Virus record (IMG/VR): IMGVR_UViG_3300029612_000021
From: a virus
DNA: 38,550 nt
Direction: 5' to 3' (one strand)
The notes under the pieces were generated by a model. The model saw only the letters and a list, made by a program, of their open reading frames with translations, was not told where the DNA came from and did not search any database. Made by a program: the position numbers and the translations under genes. This document shows, piece by piece, positions 26,012 to 33,763 of this stretch; within the stretch, counting starts at the first letter, position 1; each line of letters begins with the position of its first letter.

Positions 26012-27283
26012 TCATTGCAGCGAGATGGACCAGCCGCCGACGGCGTGAACGGTCATGACGGTGGCACCTGGGTCAATGCGGACAGTGCCGCTGTAGGGGT
26101 CAACCGTGTTGACAAGGAGATCAGACCCGCTGCCGTAGGTAATGACCGAAAAATAGCGGGACATCGTATTTCCGTTGATGATTGCAGACCGACAGTCAGA
26201 CGGCAGGAGCAAAACCGCGTCATCAATGCCGCTGTATGTCTCGCCGACCGGAAGAACTGGGGCCGTGTAAAGGGAAACAATCTCAATGGTCCACGGGCCT
26301 TCCGCATCAACTTCGAGAGTCCGCGTATCCTGCTCGGGGTCAAGGACATAGCCGTCATAGTAATCCGTTGTGTTCACAAAAAGCTCCGTATAATTTCCGG
26401 ATGCATCGTAGCCAGTCACGGAGAAATGACAAGCTTCGGTATTGCCGGTGATTCGGAAATAGTAAAGCGAGTCAAACGGGGAGATATCGAAGTAGTCGTC
26501 GCCGCTGCCGGTGTAGGTGATGGGGTCAGGCGGAATAAACGTTTCCTCCACGGGAGCAGGCTCTGGCTCCTGCACAGGGGCGGAGGAAACAGTAGAATCA
26601 TCAGAAGCAAGACGCTTAGACACGGCCTGCGCGGAAGCCTGCATCTCTGGCGGTGAGTTTTTAAAGTCACGGGCACCGATGGCTGCATTGATGATCTGCG
26701 GGATAACGGCGACGAGCCAGATAATGCCGATCACGATCAAAACGGTTTTCCATTTTGACTTTTTGCGGGGGCGTTTTTCCGAGGGCTCTGGAGCGTGGGA
26801 CTCATTGCCTCCGGTGCTGTCGGCATGTGGGAAACCAGGATCAGAAGTCGTTTCTGCAGCTTTACGTGCAAGCCTTGACAGCTCATCTTGCCGTTCGGAT
26901 TCCGTAATTTTGCGACGCAGCCTGACATACACGCGAGCACCAAATTTCTTGTCTGGGAAATCGTCGTCAGGGCCCCCGTAGACTTCGCAGTCATCGCCGA
27001 AGACGGTGTATCCGCTATCCTCCATCCGAGAAAGCTCAGCTGCAACATCTTTTGGGATGTTGCCAACTTCACGGTCATCAAAATAGACACGATACGCAGG
27101 AGCTCCATCATACTCATATCGCTCAAGCTCAACGAGAACGGGCTCGAGATCCTCTTGTTTCTTGAATGCTCGCCGGAGTGAGGTCTGCCGGTATGAGCCA
27201 TCCGAGGCCTTAAAAGAGGAACCGGCTAGCTGAAAATCCCAGACCTCCGTCCATGCATTGGGGAGACGCTTATTGACATCCAT
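26012..27283 (-). CDS. HIRAN-like N-terminal domain / single TM / duplicated extracytoplasmic beta domain protein
   Basis: 423 aa. N-terminal LAGSSF...VLVELERYEYDGAPAYRVYFDDREVGNIPKDVAAEL is HIRAN-like. TM TVLIVIGIIWLVAVIPQII. The C-terminus has two alignable modules of about 85 aa. Confidence 0.6.
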   Translation of the reverse strand: MDVNKRLPNAWTEVWDFQLAGSSFKASDGSYRQTSLRRAFKKQEDLEPVLVELERYEYDGAPAYRVYFDDREVGNIPKDVAAELSRMEDSGYTVFGDDCEVYGGPDDDFPDKKFGARVYVRLRRKITESERQDELSRLARKAAETTSDPGFPHADSTGGNESHAPEPSEKRPRKKSKWKTVLIVIGIIWLVAVIPQIINAAIGARDFKNSPPEMQASAQAVSKRLASDDSTVSSAPVQEPEPAPVEETFIPPDPITYTGSGDDYFDISPFDSLYYFRITGNTEACHFSVTGYDASGNYTELFVNTTDYYDGYVLDPEQDTRTLEVDAEGPWTIEIVSLYTAPVLPVGETYSGIDDAVLLLPSDCRSAIINGNTMSRYFSVITYGSGSDLLVNTVDPYSGTVRIDPGATVMTVHAVGGWSISLQ

Positions 27284-27480
27284 AGCTACCCCTCACAAAA
27301 TTATATGTAATTTTTTGTAGACTCTCATAATTGTAATTAACGAACGTATGTTCTAATATAATCATGCGAGTCAGGAAAAGGAATCTACAAATATTGTAAG
27401 CCACCGCCGAGGAAAGCACAACCGGGAAGGTGAACAAAAAATGAACGGTATTTTTGTGGAAGAATGGGGGAACGGATAGA

Positions 27481-27585
27481 ATGACGCGAAGTTTTTACCT
27501 GCAGGACATCCGCCGCATGCTGCGGCTTGCGACGACGGAACAACTCGATCTGGTCTGGCGCTTCCTGCGCGGACTGGTCGCATAG
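27481..27585 (+). CDS. possible 34-aa peptide gene convergent with the repressor
   Basis: MTRSFYLQDIRRMLRLATTEQLDLVWRFLRGLVA. A GGGGGAA SD-like element lies upstream. It ends just before a terminator. Confidence 0.3.
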   Translation: MTRSFYLQDIRRMLRLATTEQLDLVWRFLRGLVA

Positions 27586-27588
27586 AGT

Positions 27589-27633
27589 AAAAAATGGACC
27601 GGGGACGGTTATTCGTCCTCGGTCCATTTTTTT
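27589..27633. terminator. bidirectional terminator (A6 - long hairpin - T7) overlapping the repressor 3' end
   Basis: Outer stem TGGACCG / CGGTCCA, inner stem GGACG / CGTCC, flanked by A and T runs. Confidence 0.7.
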
Positions 27634-27974
27634 GCGATCGCCTCGAGTAGCTGCCATTCTTCGATGTCAAGCTTGCTGACGATGGAGATAAACCGTTTGC
27701 GCGGCGCGTCGTCCGGATCACGCATGACGGTAGCCATAAACTCCGCGATCTCCTGATTCCTCGTCAGTTTTTGCTTCATCTCGCCCTCGCCAGTGCGGAG
27801 CCAAGTCTCGCTCACGCCGTATTCACGGCAGATGGCAAGGATCATGGAGTTGTTGGGAGTGCGGACACCGCTTTCATAGCTGGTGATGGTATTGGCTTGC
27901 ACGCCGAGTCTCTCGCCAAAGTCTTTCTGGGTAAGCCCTAGGGATTTCCGGAGCTCTTTAATACGGTCTTGCAT
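27609..27974 (-). CDS. CI-like repressor (XRE-family HTH)
   Basis: 121 aa from the ATG at 27974, which follows AAGGAGGGAA. HTH LGLTQKDFGERLGVQANTITSYESG. Divergent from the early operon. Confidence 0.85.
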   Translation of the reverse strand: MQDRIKELRKSLGLTQKDFGERLGVQANTITSYESGVRTPNNSMILAICREYGVSETWLRTGEGEMKQKLTRNQEIAEFMATVMRDPDDAPRKRFISIVSKLDIEEWQLLEAIAKKWTEDE

Positions 27975-27998
27975 ATCGTGTTCCCTCCTTGCGACTAT

Positions 27999-28027
27999 AT
28001 AATATCGCAAAAATATCGCGTTGTCAA
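27999..28027 (-). promoter_or_regulatory. leftward (repressor) promoter
   Basis: Minus strand reads TTGACA (28027-28022), 17 nt, TATTAT (28004-27999). Confidence 0.55.
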
Positions 28028-28047
28028 TATTTCTTTGAGAAAAGGGC

Positions 28048-28074
28048 TTGACAAATATCACGTCGTGATATAAT
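28048..28074 (+). promoter_or_regulatory. rightward early promoter
   Basis: TTGACA (28048-28053) and an extended -10 TGATATAAT (28066-28074). The spacer is about 15 nt, and a second TATAAT lies 5 nt downstream. Confidence 0.6.
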
Positions 28075-28091
28075 ATAATCACGTCGAGATA
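28055..28091. promoter_or_regulatory. operator palindromes
   Basis: Perfect 17-bp palindrome ATATCACGTCGTGATAT (28055-28071) inside the early promoter. A near copy AATCACGTCGAGAT follows at about 28077-28090. ATATCGC half-sites lie at 28002-28008 and 28013-28019. Confidence 0.6.
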
Positions 28092-28120
28092 AATTAGCAA
28101 TACAACGCGAGGTGAGAACA

Positions 28121-28270
28121 ATGTCTGAAAAGGAAAAAACGCGCGCCGAGAGCCTGGGTAAGGTCACCGACAGACTGACCGACGAACAGCTCCAGCGCCT
28201 GAGCGATATCGCCTACGGCATGATGCTGGCGCAGGAGAGCAAGAAGGAGCAGGACAAACAGACTGCGTAA
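28121..28270 (+). CDS. first early gene, 49-aa hypothetical protein
   Basis: ATG follows GAGGTGAG, about 45 nt downstream of the early promoter. Confidence 0.5.
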   Translation: MSEKEKTRAESLGKVTDRLTDEQLQRLSDIAYGMMLAQESKKEQDKQTA

Positions 28271-28314
28271 GGCTGCAAAACCTGGAAAAACTAACGCCGG
28301 AAGGAGGCTGAACC

Positions 28315-28527
28315 ATGAGAAAGCCGTATGACCCGATCGCGGACGAAGAGCCGCACATCGTGGCCGAGTATCATTTTCCAAACTGCACGGCGTATATCGC
28401 CGACAACTACCTGCGCCGGCTGACGCCGGAGCAGAAAGAGGCCAACCGGCAGGCTGCCCGCCGCGTGGCGTGGCAGATCCTCGAGCGGGCTGCAGCCGAA
28501 GGGCGTCTGCCCGCGGCCAGCAATTAA
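28315..28527 (+). CDS. hypothetical protein
   Basis: 70 aa with a GGAAGGAGG SD. Confidence 0.5.
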   Translation: MRKPYDPIADEEPHIVAEYHFPNCTAYIADNYLRRLTPEQKEANRQAARRVAWQILERAAAEGRLPAASN

Positions 28528-28562
28528 ACGCGCCGCAAGGCGCGTACATAGGAGTCGATATT

Positions 28563-28781
28563 ATGGCGAACATCAAGACCTACAACCTGACGCTGGATGC
28601 GCAGGAGCTGCATGACCTGATCGAGGCGGCGATGGTGTGTGAGTGCCAGGCGGCGCAGATTATAAACGGGCTGAAGCGAAAGGGGCTTGACCTGGACGCG
28701 CAGAAGCTCGAGACGCAAAACGCCCGTCTGGCGCGGCTCGTCAGGCGGATGCAGGAGACGAAGGAGGAAACCAATGGATAA
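28563..28781 (+). CDS. hypothetical protein
   Basis: 72 aa from the ATG at 28563, which follows GGAG. Confidence 0.5.
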   Translation: MANIKTYNLTLDAQELHDLIEAAMVCECQAAQIINGLKRKGLDLDAQKLETQNARLARLVRRMQETKEETNG

Positions 28782-28998
28782 CAGGAAGCTACACGTCGAG
28801 ATCGGCATGGACGGCAAAAAAACGGTATCTGCGCTATCCGGCAGCGCGCTGGAACTGAGCGCTGCTGCCGCGCGAATCCTGAACATATTTTATGCCGCGT
28901 TCTGCCAGCAGGGAATAGGCGAGGAATTCAAGAAAACCATGCGCTGCTGCGTGAACCAGGAGGACAGCCCGGTATGGATGAAGGAGTTGGCAGAATGA
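28774..28998 (+). CDS. hypothetical protein
   Basis: 74 aa from the ATG at 28774, which follows AAGGAGGAAA. Confidence 0.5.
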   Translation: MDNRKLHVEIGMDGKKTVSALSGSALELSAAAARILNIFYAAFCQQGIGEEFKKTMRCCVNQEDSPVWMKELAE

Positions 28999-29240
28999 GA
29001 ACGAATCTTGCAGAACGGCTCGGGTATGAGTCGGAGGAAGAGACCAGGGAGCGGCAGGAGCGGCTGCTGGAGGAGCTGCGGTACCGGGAGGCCATGCGGC
29101 GGGTGGCGAAGACCTGCTGCGTGTGGCTGGGCGGCGCGGCCTTTGTGCTGGCGGTGATCGCCGGGTACGCAGAGATGACCGACGCCTGCGTCGCGACCGG
29201 CGCGATCGCGCTGGGCCTGACGACCTACGGGATCCTGTGA
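28995..29240 (+). CDS. small membrane protein (two TM-like segments)
   Basis: 81 aa from the ATG at 28995 (ATGA coupling, AAGGAG SD). Confidence 0.5.
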   Translation: MRTNLAERLGYESEEETRERQERLLEELRYREAMRRVAKTCCVWLGGAAFVLAVIAGYAEMTDACVATGAIALGLTTYGIL

Positions 29241-29467
29241 AGCCGGTGAAGGACGAGCCAAAGATCCCGGTCGAGCTCCGGCCGGATCAGCTGGCCGACA
29301 TCATCGACGCCGTTCTGGCTTTTGCCGATGACTGCGCCAATGACCGGGAGATCCTGCAGAGCATGCCGCGCGTCGACCGGGACACGGTCGAAGACCTGCT
29401 GCAGCGCGAGACGGCGCTGCAAACACTCGCGGCATGGCTGCAGCACGTACAGGAGGAAGCGGAGTGA
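29237..29467 (+). CDS. hypothetical protein
   Basis: 76 aa with a GTG start overlapping the upstream TGA. Confidence 0.4.
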   Translation: MKPVKDEPKIPVELRPDQLADIIDAVLAFADDCANDREILQSMPRVDRDTVEDLLQRETALQTLAAWLQHVQEEAE

Positions 29468-29703
29468 ATTATTTTGCGCCGCGCATGCGGCCCATCCCGC
29501 CGCCCTGCGGCCGGAACTGCCCGGACAGAAGCGGCACATGCCGCGCCGGGTGCTGCACCTGGACGCTCTACGAGAGCATCCGGAACCACATCTATGATGT
29601 CAACCACCGAGACAGGGACAGCCTGCAGCCCGACCTTGCAGCGGGAAAGCAGATGGTCCATGCCGACAACCAGATAAGGAGGCGCAAACACATTGCGAAA
29701 TAG
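29464..29703 (+). CDS. Cys-rich hypothetical protein
   Basis: 79 aa with a GTG start after AGGAGGAAG, overlapping the upstream TGA. Contains CGRNCPDRSGTCRAGCC. Confidence 0.4.
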   Translation: MNYFAPRMRPIPPPCGRNCPDRSGTCRAGCCTWTLYESIRNHIYDVNHRDRDSLQPDLAAGKQMVHADNQIRRRKHIAK

Positions 29704-29956
29704 CATCGACTACCCCGGCGAGCGGGCGCCGCGGCGCCCCGCCGTGATCGCGCAGGCCGGATACACCGGCCAGAACCACTTTTCCGTTACATATGGAGAC
29801 CAGAAACTGACCGTCCGCGCCGAGGACGGCTATGCGGCCCTTTTTACCGCCGCCAAGCACTGGGGCTATAAATTCACCCGCCCGGAGTTCCACCAGAACG
29901 CCCGCGCGACCAAGCTCCACTACACGCCGGACACACGGCCGGGGGCGCTGGTATGA
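29693..29956 (+). CDS. hypothetical protein
   Basis: 87 aa with a TTG start. SD spacing is poor, so the start is uncertain. Confidence 0.35.
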   Translation: MRNSIDYPGERAPRRPAVIAQAGYTGQNHFSVTYGDQKLTVRAEDGYAALFTAAKHWGYKFTRPEFHQNARATKLHYTPDTRPGALV

Positions 29957-30126
29957 GGTTTGTGTGTGACGCCTGCCAGGATATTACGAACATCGAGGCA
30001 GACCGGATGGAGATCCAGGGCGACAAGCTGATGGTGTACAGCCGCGGGCGGCTGGTCTACGTTGCGGATCTGGGGCAGATCATGTTAGCCAAGCTGACGC
30101 CGACGGGGAAGGAAACAAAATGCTGA
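29953..30126 (+). CDS. hypothetical 57-aa protein
   Basis: ATGA coupling to the upstream gene. The stop overlaps the methyltransferase start. Confidence 0.4.
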   Translation: MRFVCDACQDITNIEADRMEIQGDKLMVYSRGRLVYVADLGQIMLAKLTPTGKETKC

Positions 30127-30872
30127 CGCATCTGAGCCTGTTTTCCGGGATCGGCGGGCTTGATCTGGCTGCCGAGTGGGCCAAATTTACGACCGTCGGG
30201 CAGTGTGAGTTTGCCGACTACCCGACGAAGGTGCTGGAAAAGCACTGGCCGGACGTGCCGCGCTGGCGTGATGTCCGGACGCTGACAAAGGAGAGTTTTT
30301 ATGAGCGGACAGGCCTACGAACAGTTGACGTTATTTCCGGCGGATTCCCATGCCAGCCCTTCTCCGTGGCTGGAAAGCAAAAGGGCAAAGGGGATGATCG
30401 ATACCTCTGGCCGGAGATGCTCCGAGTTATCACCGAGCTGCGCCCGCGTTGCGTTGTCGGTGAGAACGTTTCTGGACTTGTTCGAATTGCGCTTGCGGGA
30501 ATCCTTTCCGAACTGCAAGGCGTCGGCTACGAAGCAAGGGCTTACAGTTCTGCGGCTTGGGATGTCGGCGGACTGCACAAGGGAGAGAGAATCTTTATCG
30601 TGGCCGCGGCCAACGACGGGCGCGCCGCTGTGCGGCGGAACACACAACTTCCGGCAGATGGTGGCACTGAGAGACGCGGGGGTCGTCACGGAGGAGGAGC
30701 GGAAAAACCTGACCTGTGGAAGCGGTGGGAAGTCGAACCCCGCCCTTATGGAGTGGCTCATGGGATTCCCAATCGGGTGGACAGACTTAAATGCCTCGGA
30801 AACGCTGTAGTGCCGCAGCAGGCATACCAGATTTTCCGGGCACTGAAGGAGGAGATGGACCGATGGACATAG
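30120..30872 (+). CDS. DNA (cytosine-5)-methyltransferase, short form
   Basis: All in one frame: FSGIGG (motif I), GGFPCQPFS (IV), GENV (VI), ERIFIVA (VIII), RVDRLKCLGNAVVPQ (X). Confidence 0.85.
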   Translation: MLTHLSLFSGIGGLDLAAEWAKFTTVGQCEFADYPTKVLEKHWPDVPRWRDVRTLTKESFYERTGLRTVDVISGGFPCQPFSVAGKQKGKGDDRYLWPEMLRVITELRPRCVVGENVSGLVRIALAGILSELQGVGYEARAYSSAAWDVGGLHKGERIFIVAAANDGRAAVRRNTQLPADGGTERRGGRHGGGAEKPDLWKRWEVEPRPYGVAHGIPNRVDRLKCLGNAVVPQQAYQIFRALKEEMDRWT

Positions 30873-31738
30873 AGCAAACCGCGATTGAGCGGCTGCGGTT
30901 TGCAGCTGAAATGTCCCTGCGGGTATACAAGCAGCCGCTTGTGATTACCTACTCGGGCGGCAAGGACTCGGACGTGCTTTTGCATCTGGCGGGCAAAGCA
31001 GGTATCCAGTATGAGGTGCTGCATTCGCTGACCACGGCGGACGCGCCGGAGACTGTCTGGCATGTGCGGGATACCTTCCGGCGGTTGGAGCTGGCTGGCG
31101 TAAAATGCGACATCGATACCCACAGCACATCGGACGGCGGGAATGTGACCATGTGGAACCTGATCCCGCGCAAGCTGATGCCGCCGACACGGCTGGTGCG
31201 CTACTGCTGTGCAGAACTCAAGGAGACCAGCGGCCGCGGGAGGTGGATCGCGACCGGCGTCCGGTGGGCCGAGTCGCAAAAGCGCAAATCCCGCGGCGTT
31301 ATGGAAGCGCTTCATAAGAATAAGGAAAAGCGGCTGACGCTTATGAATGACAACGACGAAAGCCGAATGATGATGGAAAACTGCCAGCTCAAGGGGACCC
31401 GAACGGTCAATCCGATTATCGATTGGCCGACCGAATCCATCTGGGATTACTGCGCAGCAGAAAAGATCTGTATGAATCCGCTTTACGCCTGCGGCGAAGA
31501 TCGCGTGGGCTGCATCAATTGCCCGATGGCGGGCAAGCACCGGAAGGTGCAGCTCGCGCGCTACCCCGGATACCGGGATGCCTACATCCGGGCTTATGGC
31601 CGGATGATCGAGGAGCGCCGCAGCCGCGGCCTGCCGTGCGATTGGCAGACCGGCGAAGACGTCCTGCATTGGAGCCTGGAGGACGGCGTGCTGCCGGGAC
31701 AAATGGTTCTTGAAGGAATGGAGGAGGACACGCTATGA
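30863..31738 (+). CDS. PAPS reductase-family (PP-loop ATP pyrophosphatase) protein
   Basis: 291 aa from the ATG at 30863. PP-loop YSGGKDSDV and a Cys cluster CGEDRVGCINCP near the C-terminus. Confidence 0.75.
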   Translation: MDIEQTAIERLRFAAEMSLRVYKQPLVITYSGGKDSDVLLHLAGKAGIQYEVLHSLTTADAPETVWHVRDTFRRLELAGVKCDIDTHSTSDGGNVTMWNLIPRKLMPPTRLVRYCCAELKETSGRGRWIATGVRWAESQKRKSRGVMEALHKNKEKRLTLMNDNDESRMMMENCQLKGTRTVNPIIDWPTESIWDYCAAEKICMNPLYACGEDRVGCINCPMAGKHRKVQLARYPGYRDAYIRAYGRMIEERRSRGLPCDWQTGEDVLHWSLEDGVLPGQMVLEGMEEDTL

Positions 31739-32307
31739 CAGACAAGGAAATCGTGCAGGCGCTGCGGTGCACATCTACGCCGGGCGACCATACAAGTAAC
31801 TGCGAGCAGTGCCCATACTGGAAGAAAGAACAGCTGAACGGGCGGCTCAAAGAGAAGTTGGGAACGGATACATGGACAAGCTGCGACATTGATAAGGTCG
31901 GTCTGGACGCAGCTGACCTCATCGAGCGCCTGACCGCCGAGAACGCGGCGCTGCGGGAGAAACAGAGGTGGATTCCGGTAACGGAGCGGCCGCCAGAGGA
32001 ACGAGTTCTTGTAAACGTTGTGTGGGTGAACAGAGCGCCAGAACCGTATTACGAAAGAATAAAGAACGTTCCGTTTTCTGGCACTGCGTGTTTTTACAGA
32101 GAGAACTGGTATTGGGATTCGCCTGTAGTCCTCGACCTGTTGGCAGAATACGGGGAAGATAATCTTGATTTGGTAGACGATGCAGTGGAAATCACCCACT
32201 GGATGCCGCTGCCGGAAGCGCAGACGGAAGGAGAAAAGGCCAGAATGCAGGGGACACCGCAGGCCGAACTTCCGGGGCAAATTAAATGGGAGGATGTAAC
32301 GCCATGA
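31735..32307 (+). CDS. DUF551-like protein with Cys-rich N-terminal module
   Basis: RWIPVTERPPE...ITHWMPLPE is the DUF551 signature (from memory). The N-terminus MTDKEIVQALRC... is shared with the next gene. Confidence 0.6.
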   Translation: MTDKEIVQALRCTSTPGDHTSNCEQCPYWKKEQLNGRLKEKLGTDTWTSCDIDKVGLDAADLIERLTAENAALREKQRWIPVTERPPEERVLVNVVWVNRAPEPYYERIKNVPFSGTACFYRENWYWDSPVVLDLLAEYGEDNLDLVDDAVEITHWMPLPEAQTEGEKARMQGTPQAELPGQIKWEDVTP

Positions 32308-32672
32308 CAGGCAAGGAAATCGTGCAGGCGCTGCGGTGCTGCGCGAAGGGGCTTGGACACGACGACGCGTGCGAAAACTGCAAGGTCGGAAAAATCCAAA
32401 ACCGGCGGGAATACATCGAGTTTGCGGCAGCTAACGCAATCGAGCGCCTGACCGACGAGAACGCGACGCTGAAAAAGGAGATTCGGAAAGCTGGCTGCAT
32501 GTTTTGTGCGAGGTTTGAGGATTGCCAGGAAGGGTTTAAGCCGGGCGGCCAAGAAGACTGCGACAATTGCGCGAAGAAATCGGATTGCGCGTGCAGGGAA
32601 TGCTCCGGAATCGGGAGCAGCACAGACAACTGGGAATGGCGCGGCGCGCCGGAGGAAGGAGGCAAGGCATGA
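32304..32672 (+). CDS. Cys-rich protein, N-terminal paralogue of the 31735 gene
   Basis: 122 aa from the ATG at 32304 (ATGA coupling). MTGKEIVQALRCC...IERLTDENATL. Confidence 0.5.
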   Translation: MTGKEIVQALRCCAKGLGHDDACENCKVGKIQNRREYIEFAAANAIERLTDENATLKKEIRKAGCMFCARFEDCQEGFKPGGQEDCDNCAKKSDCACRECSGIGSSTDNWEWRGAPEEGGKA

Positions 32673-32950
32673 AAGTATATATAGCCGGTAAAATCACCGG
32701 AGATCCGGGATATCGGGATAAATTTGCAGCGGCAGAAAGACAGCTGGGCTGGCAGGGGCACACTGTGCTCAATCCTGCCGAGCTGCCGGAGGGCATGGCC
32801 CCAGCAGACTATATGCAGATCTGCTTTGCAATGATCGACGTGGCGGACGCGGTTGTTTTCCTGCCGGACGCAGCGGAAAGCGAAGGCGCGAGGCTGGAAA
32901 TGGCATACTGCGAATACATCGAGAAGGAGTATGAGACATGGAACGACTGA
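32669..32950 (+). CDS. DUF4406-like (nucleoside 2-deoxyribosyltransferase-like) protein
   Basis: 93 aa. MKVYIAGKITGD... is typical of DUF4406 (from memory). ATGA coupling. Confidence 0.55.
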   Translation: MKVYIAGKITGDPGYRDKFAAAERQLGWQGHTVLNPAELPEGMAPADYMQICFAMIDVADAVVFLPDAAESEGARLEMAYCEYIEKEYETWND

Positions 32951-33447
32951 CAAGTCCTAATATCAACGTAGACCCGGGCACCGACCGATTTCTGCACGCC
33001 GCGATCGGCGGCAAGGAAATCGACTGGAAGCAGAGCCGGGACAGCACGCTCAACGTGCTGATCAACGGCCCAACGAGCAACGGCTTTGGCAAGGATATTT
33101 TCCGCAAGATGGCCCGCGATCTGTACGGACGTCTGAAAGCCTACGAGGACATTGCCGAGCTGTTCGGCGGCATTGACCGCCTCCGCGAGATTGCCGAGGC
33201 CGACAAGGACGGGCGAGTTATTGTTCTGCCTGCCAAAAAAGGAGATACACTGTATGCCGTGACTAGGTTTGGCGTTGAAAAACGAGTTGTAAAAGAAATT
33301 GCAGCGCCATTTTTCTACAATACTTACGAAAGTAGTGATAGGGCAGCGCTCCCAACCGCTATTAGAAATTTTGGTAAGACTGTTTTCCTCACCCGCGAAG
33401 AAGCCGAGAAGGCTTTGCAGGAAATGGAGGGCAAGAAGGATGGCTGA
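32938..33447 (+). CDS. hypothetical protein
   Basis: 169 aa with an AAGGAG SD. Confidence 0.5.
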   Translation: MERLTSPNINVDPGTDRFLHAAIGGKEIDWKQSRDSTLNVLINGPTSNGFGKDIFRKMARDLYGRLKAYEDIAELFGGIDRLREIAEADKDGRVIVLPAKKGDTLYAVTRFGVEKRVVKEIAAPFFYNTYESSDRAALPTAIRNFGKTVFLTREEAEKALQEMEGKKDG

Positions 33448-33763
33448 TTATATCCGGCGCGATGGTGCGATGTTTGCGCTGCGGAAAGCAGAACGCGGTG
33501 GAAGCATGACGGCACTAACACGGTTGGAACGCGCATATGCCGAAATTCGGGAAATGCCCGCCGCCGACGTTGCGGAGGTGCACCATGCACGATGGGAAGA
33601 AGCTGACTGGCGCGAATATGACGCGCAGAGCGGGGAAACGATACGATTTCCTAAAGCGGCAATCGTATGCTCGGACTGCCGGAACGCTTTTAAGAAAGGA
33701 ACTCTTCGGATTCAGAGTTTCTGCCCGGCCTGCGGGGCGAAGATGGACGGAGCTGCCGAATGA
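33440..33763 (+). CDS. hypothetical protein with C-terminal zinc ribbon
   Basis: 107 aa from the ATG at 33440. CSDC...CPAC. Confidence 0.45.
   Translation: MADYIRRDGAMFALRKAERGGSMTALTRLERAYAEIREMPAADVAEVHHARWEEADWREYDAQSGETIRFPKAAIVCSDCRNAFKKGTLRIQSFCPACGAKMDGAAE

Noticed and set aside
28094-28576. 160-aa minus-strand ORF spanning the switch region and early genes
   Set aside because: It runs antisense through the early promoter and two SD-preceded + strand genes. Its composition is implausible.
30120-30872. The idea that the C5-methyltransferase is a frameshifted pseudogene needing the +1 frame for its C-terminal half
   Set aside because: The zero frame is uninterrupted and contains the C-terminal W..EP....A.G.P.RVDRLK.LGNAVVPQ signature. 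The enzyme therefore looks intact, and the +1 ORF is reported separately as a possible overlapping gene.
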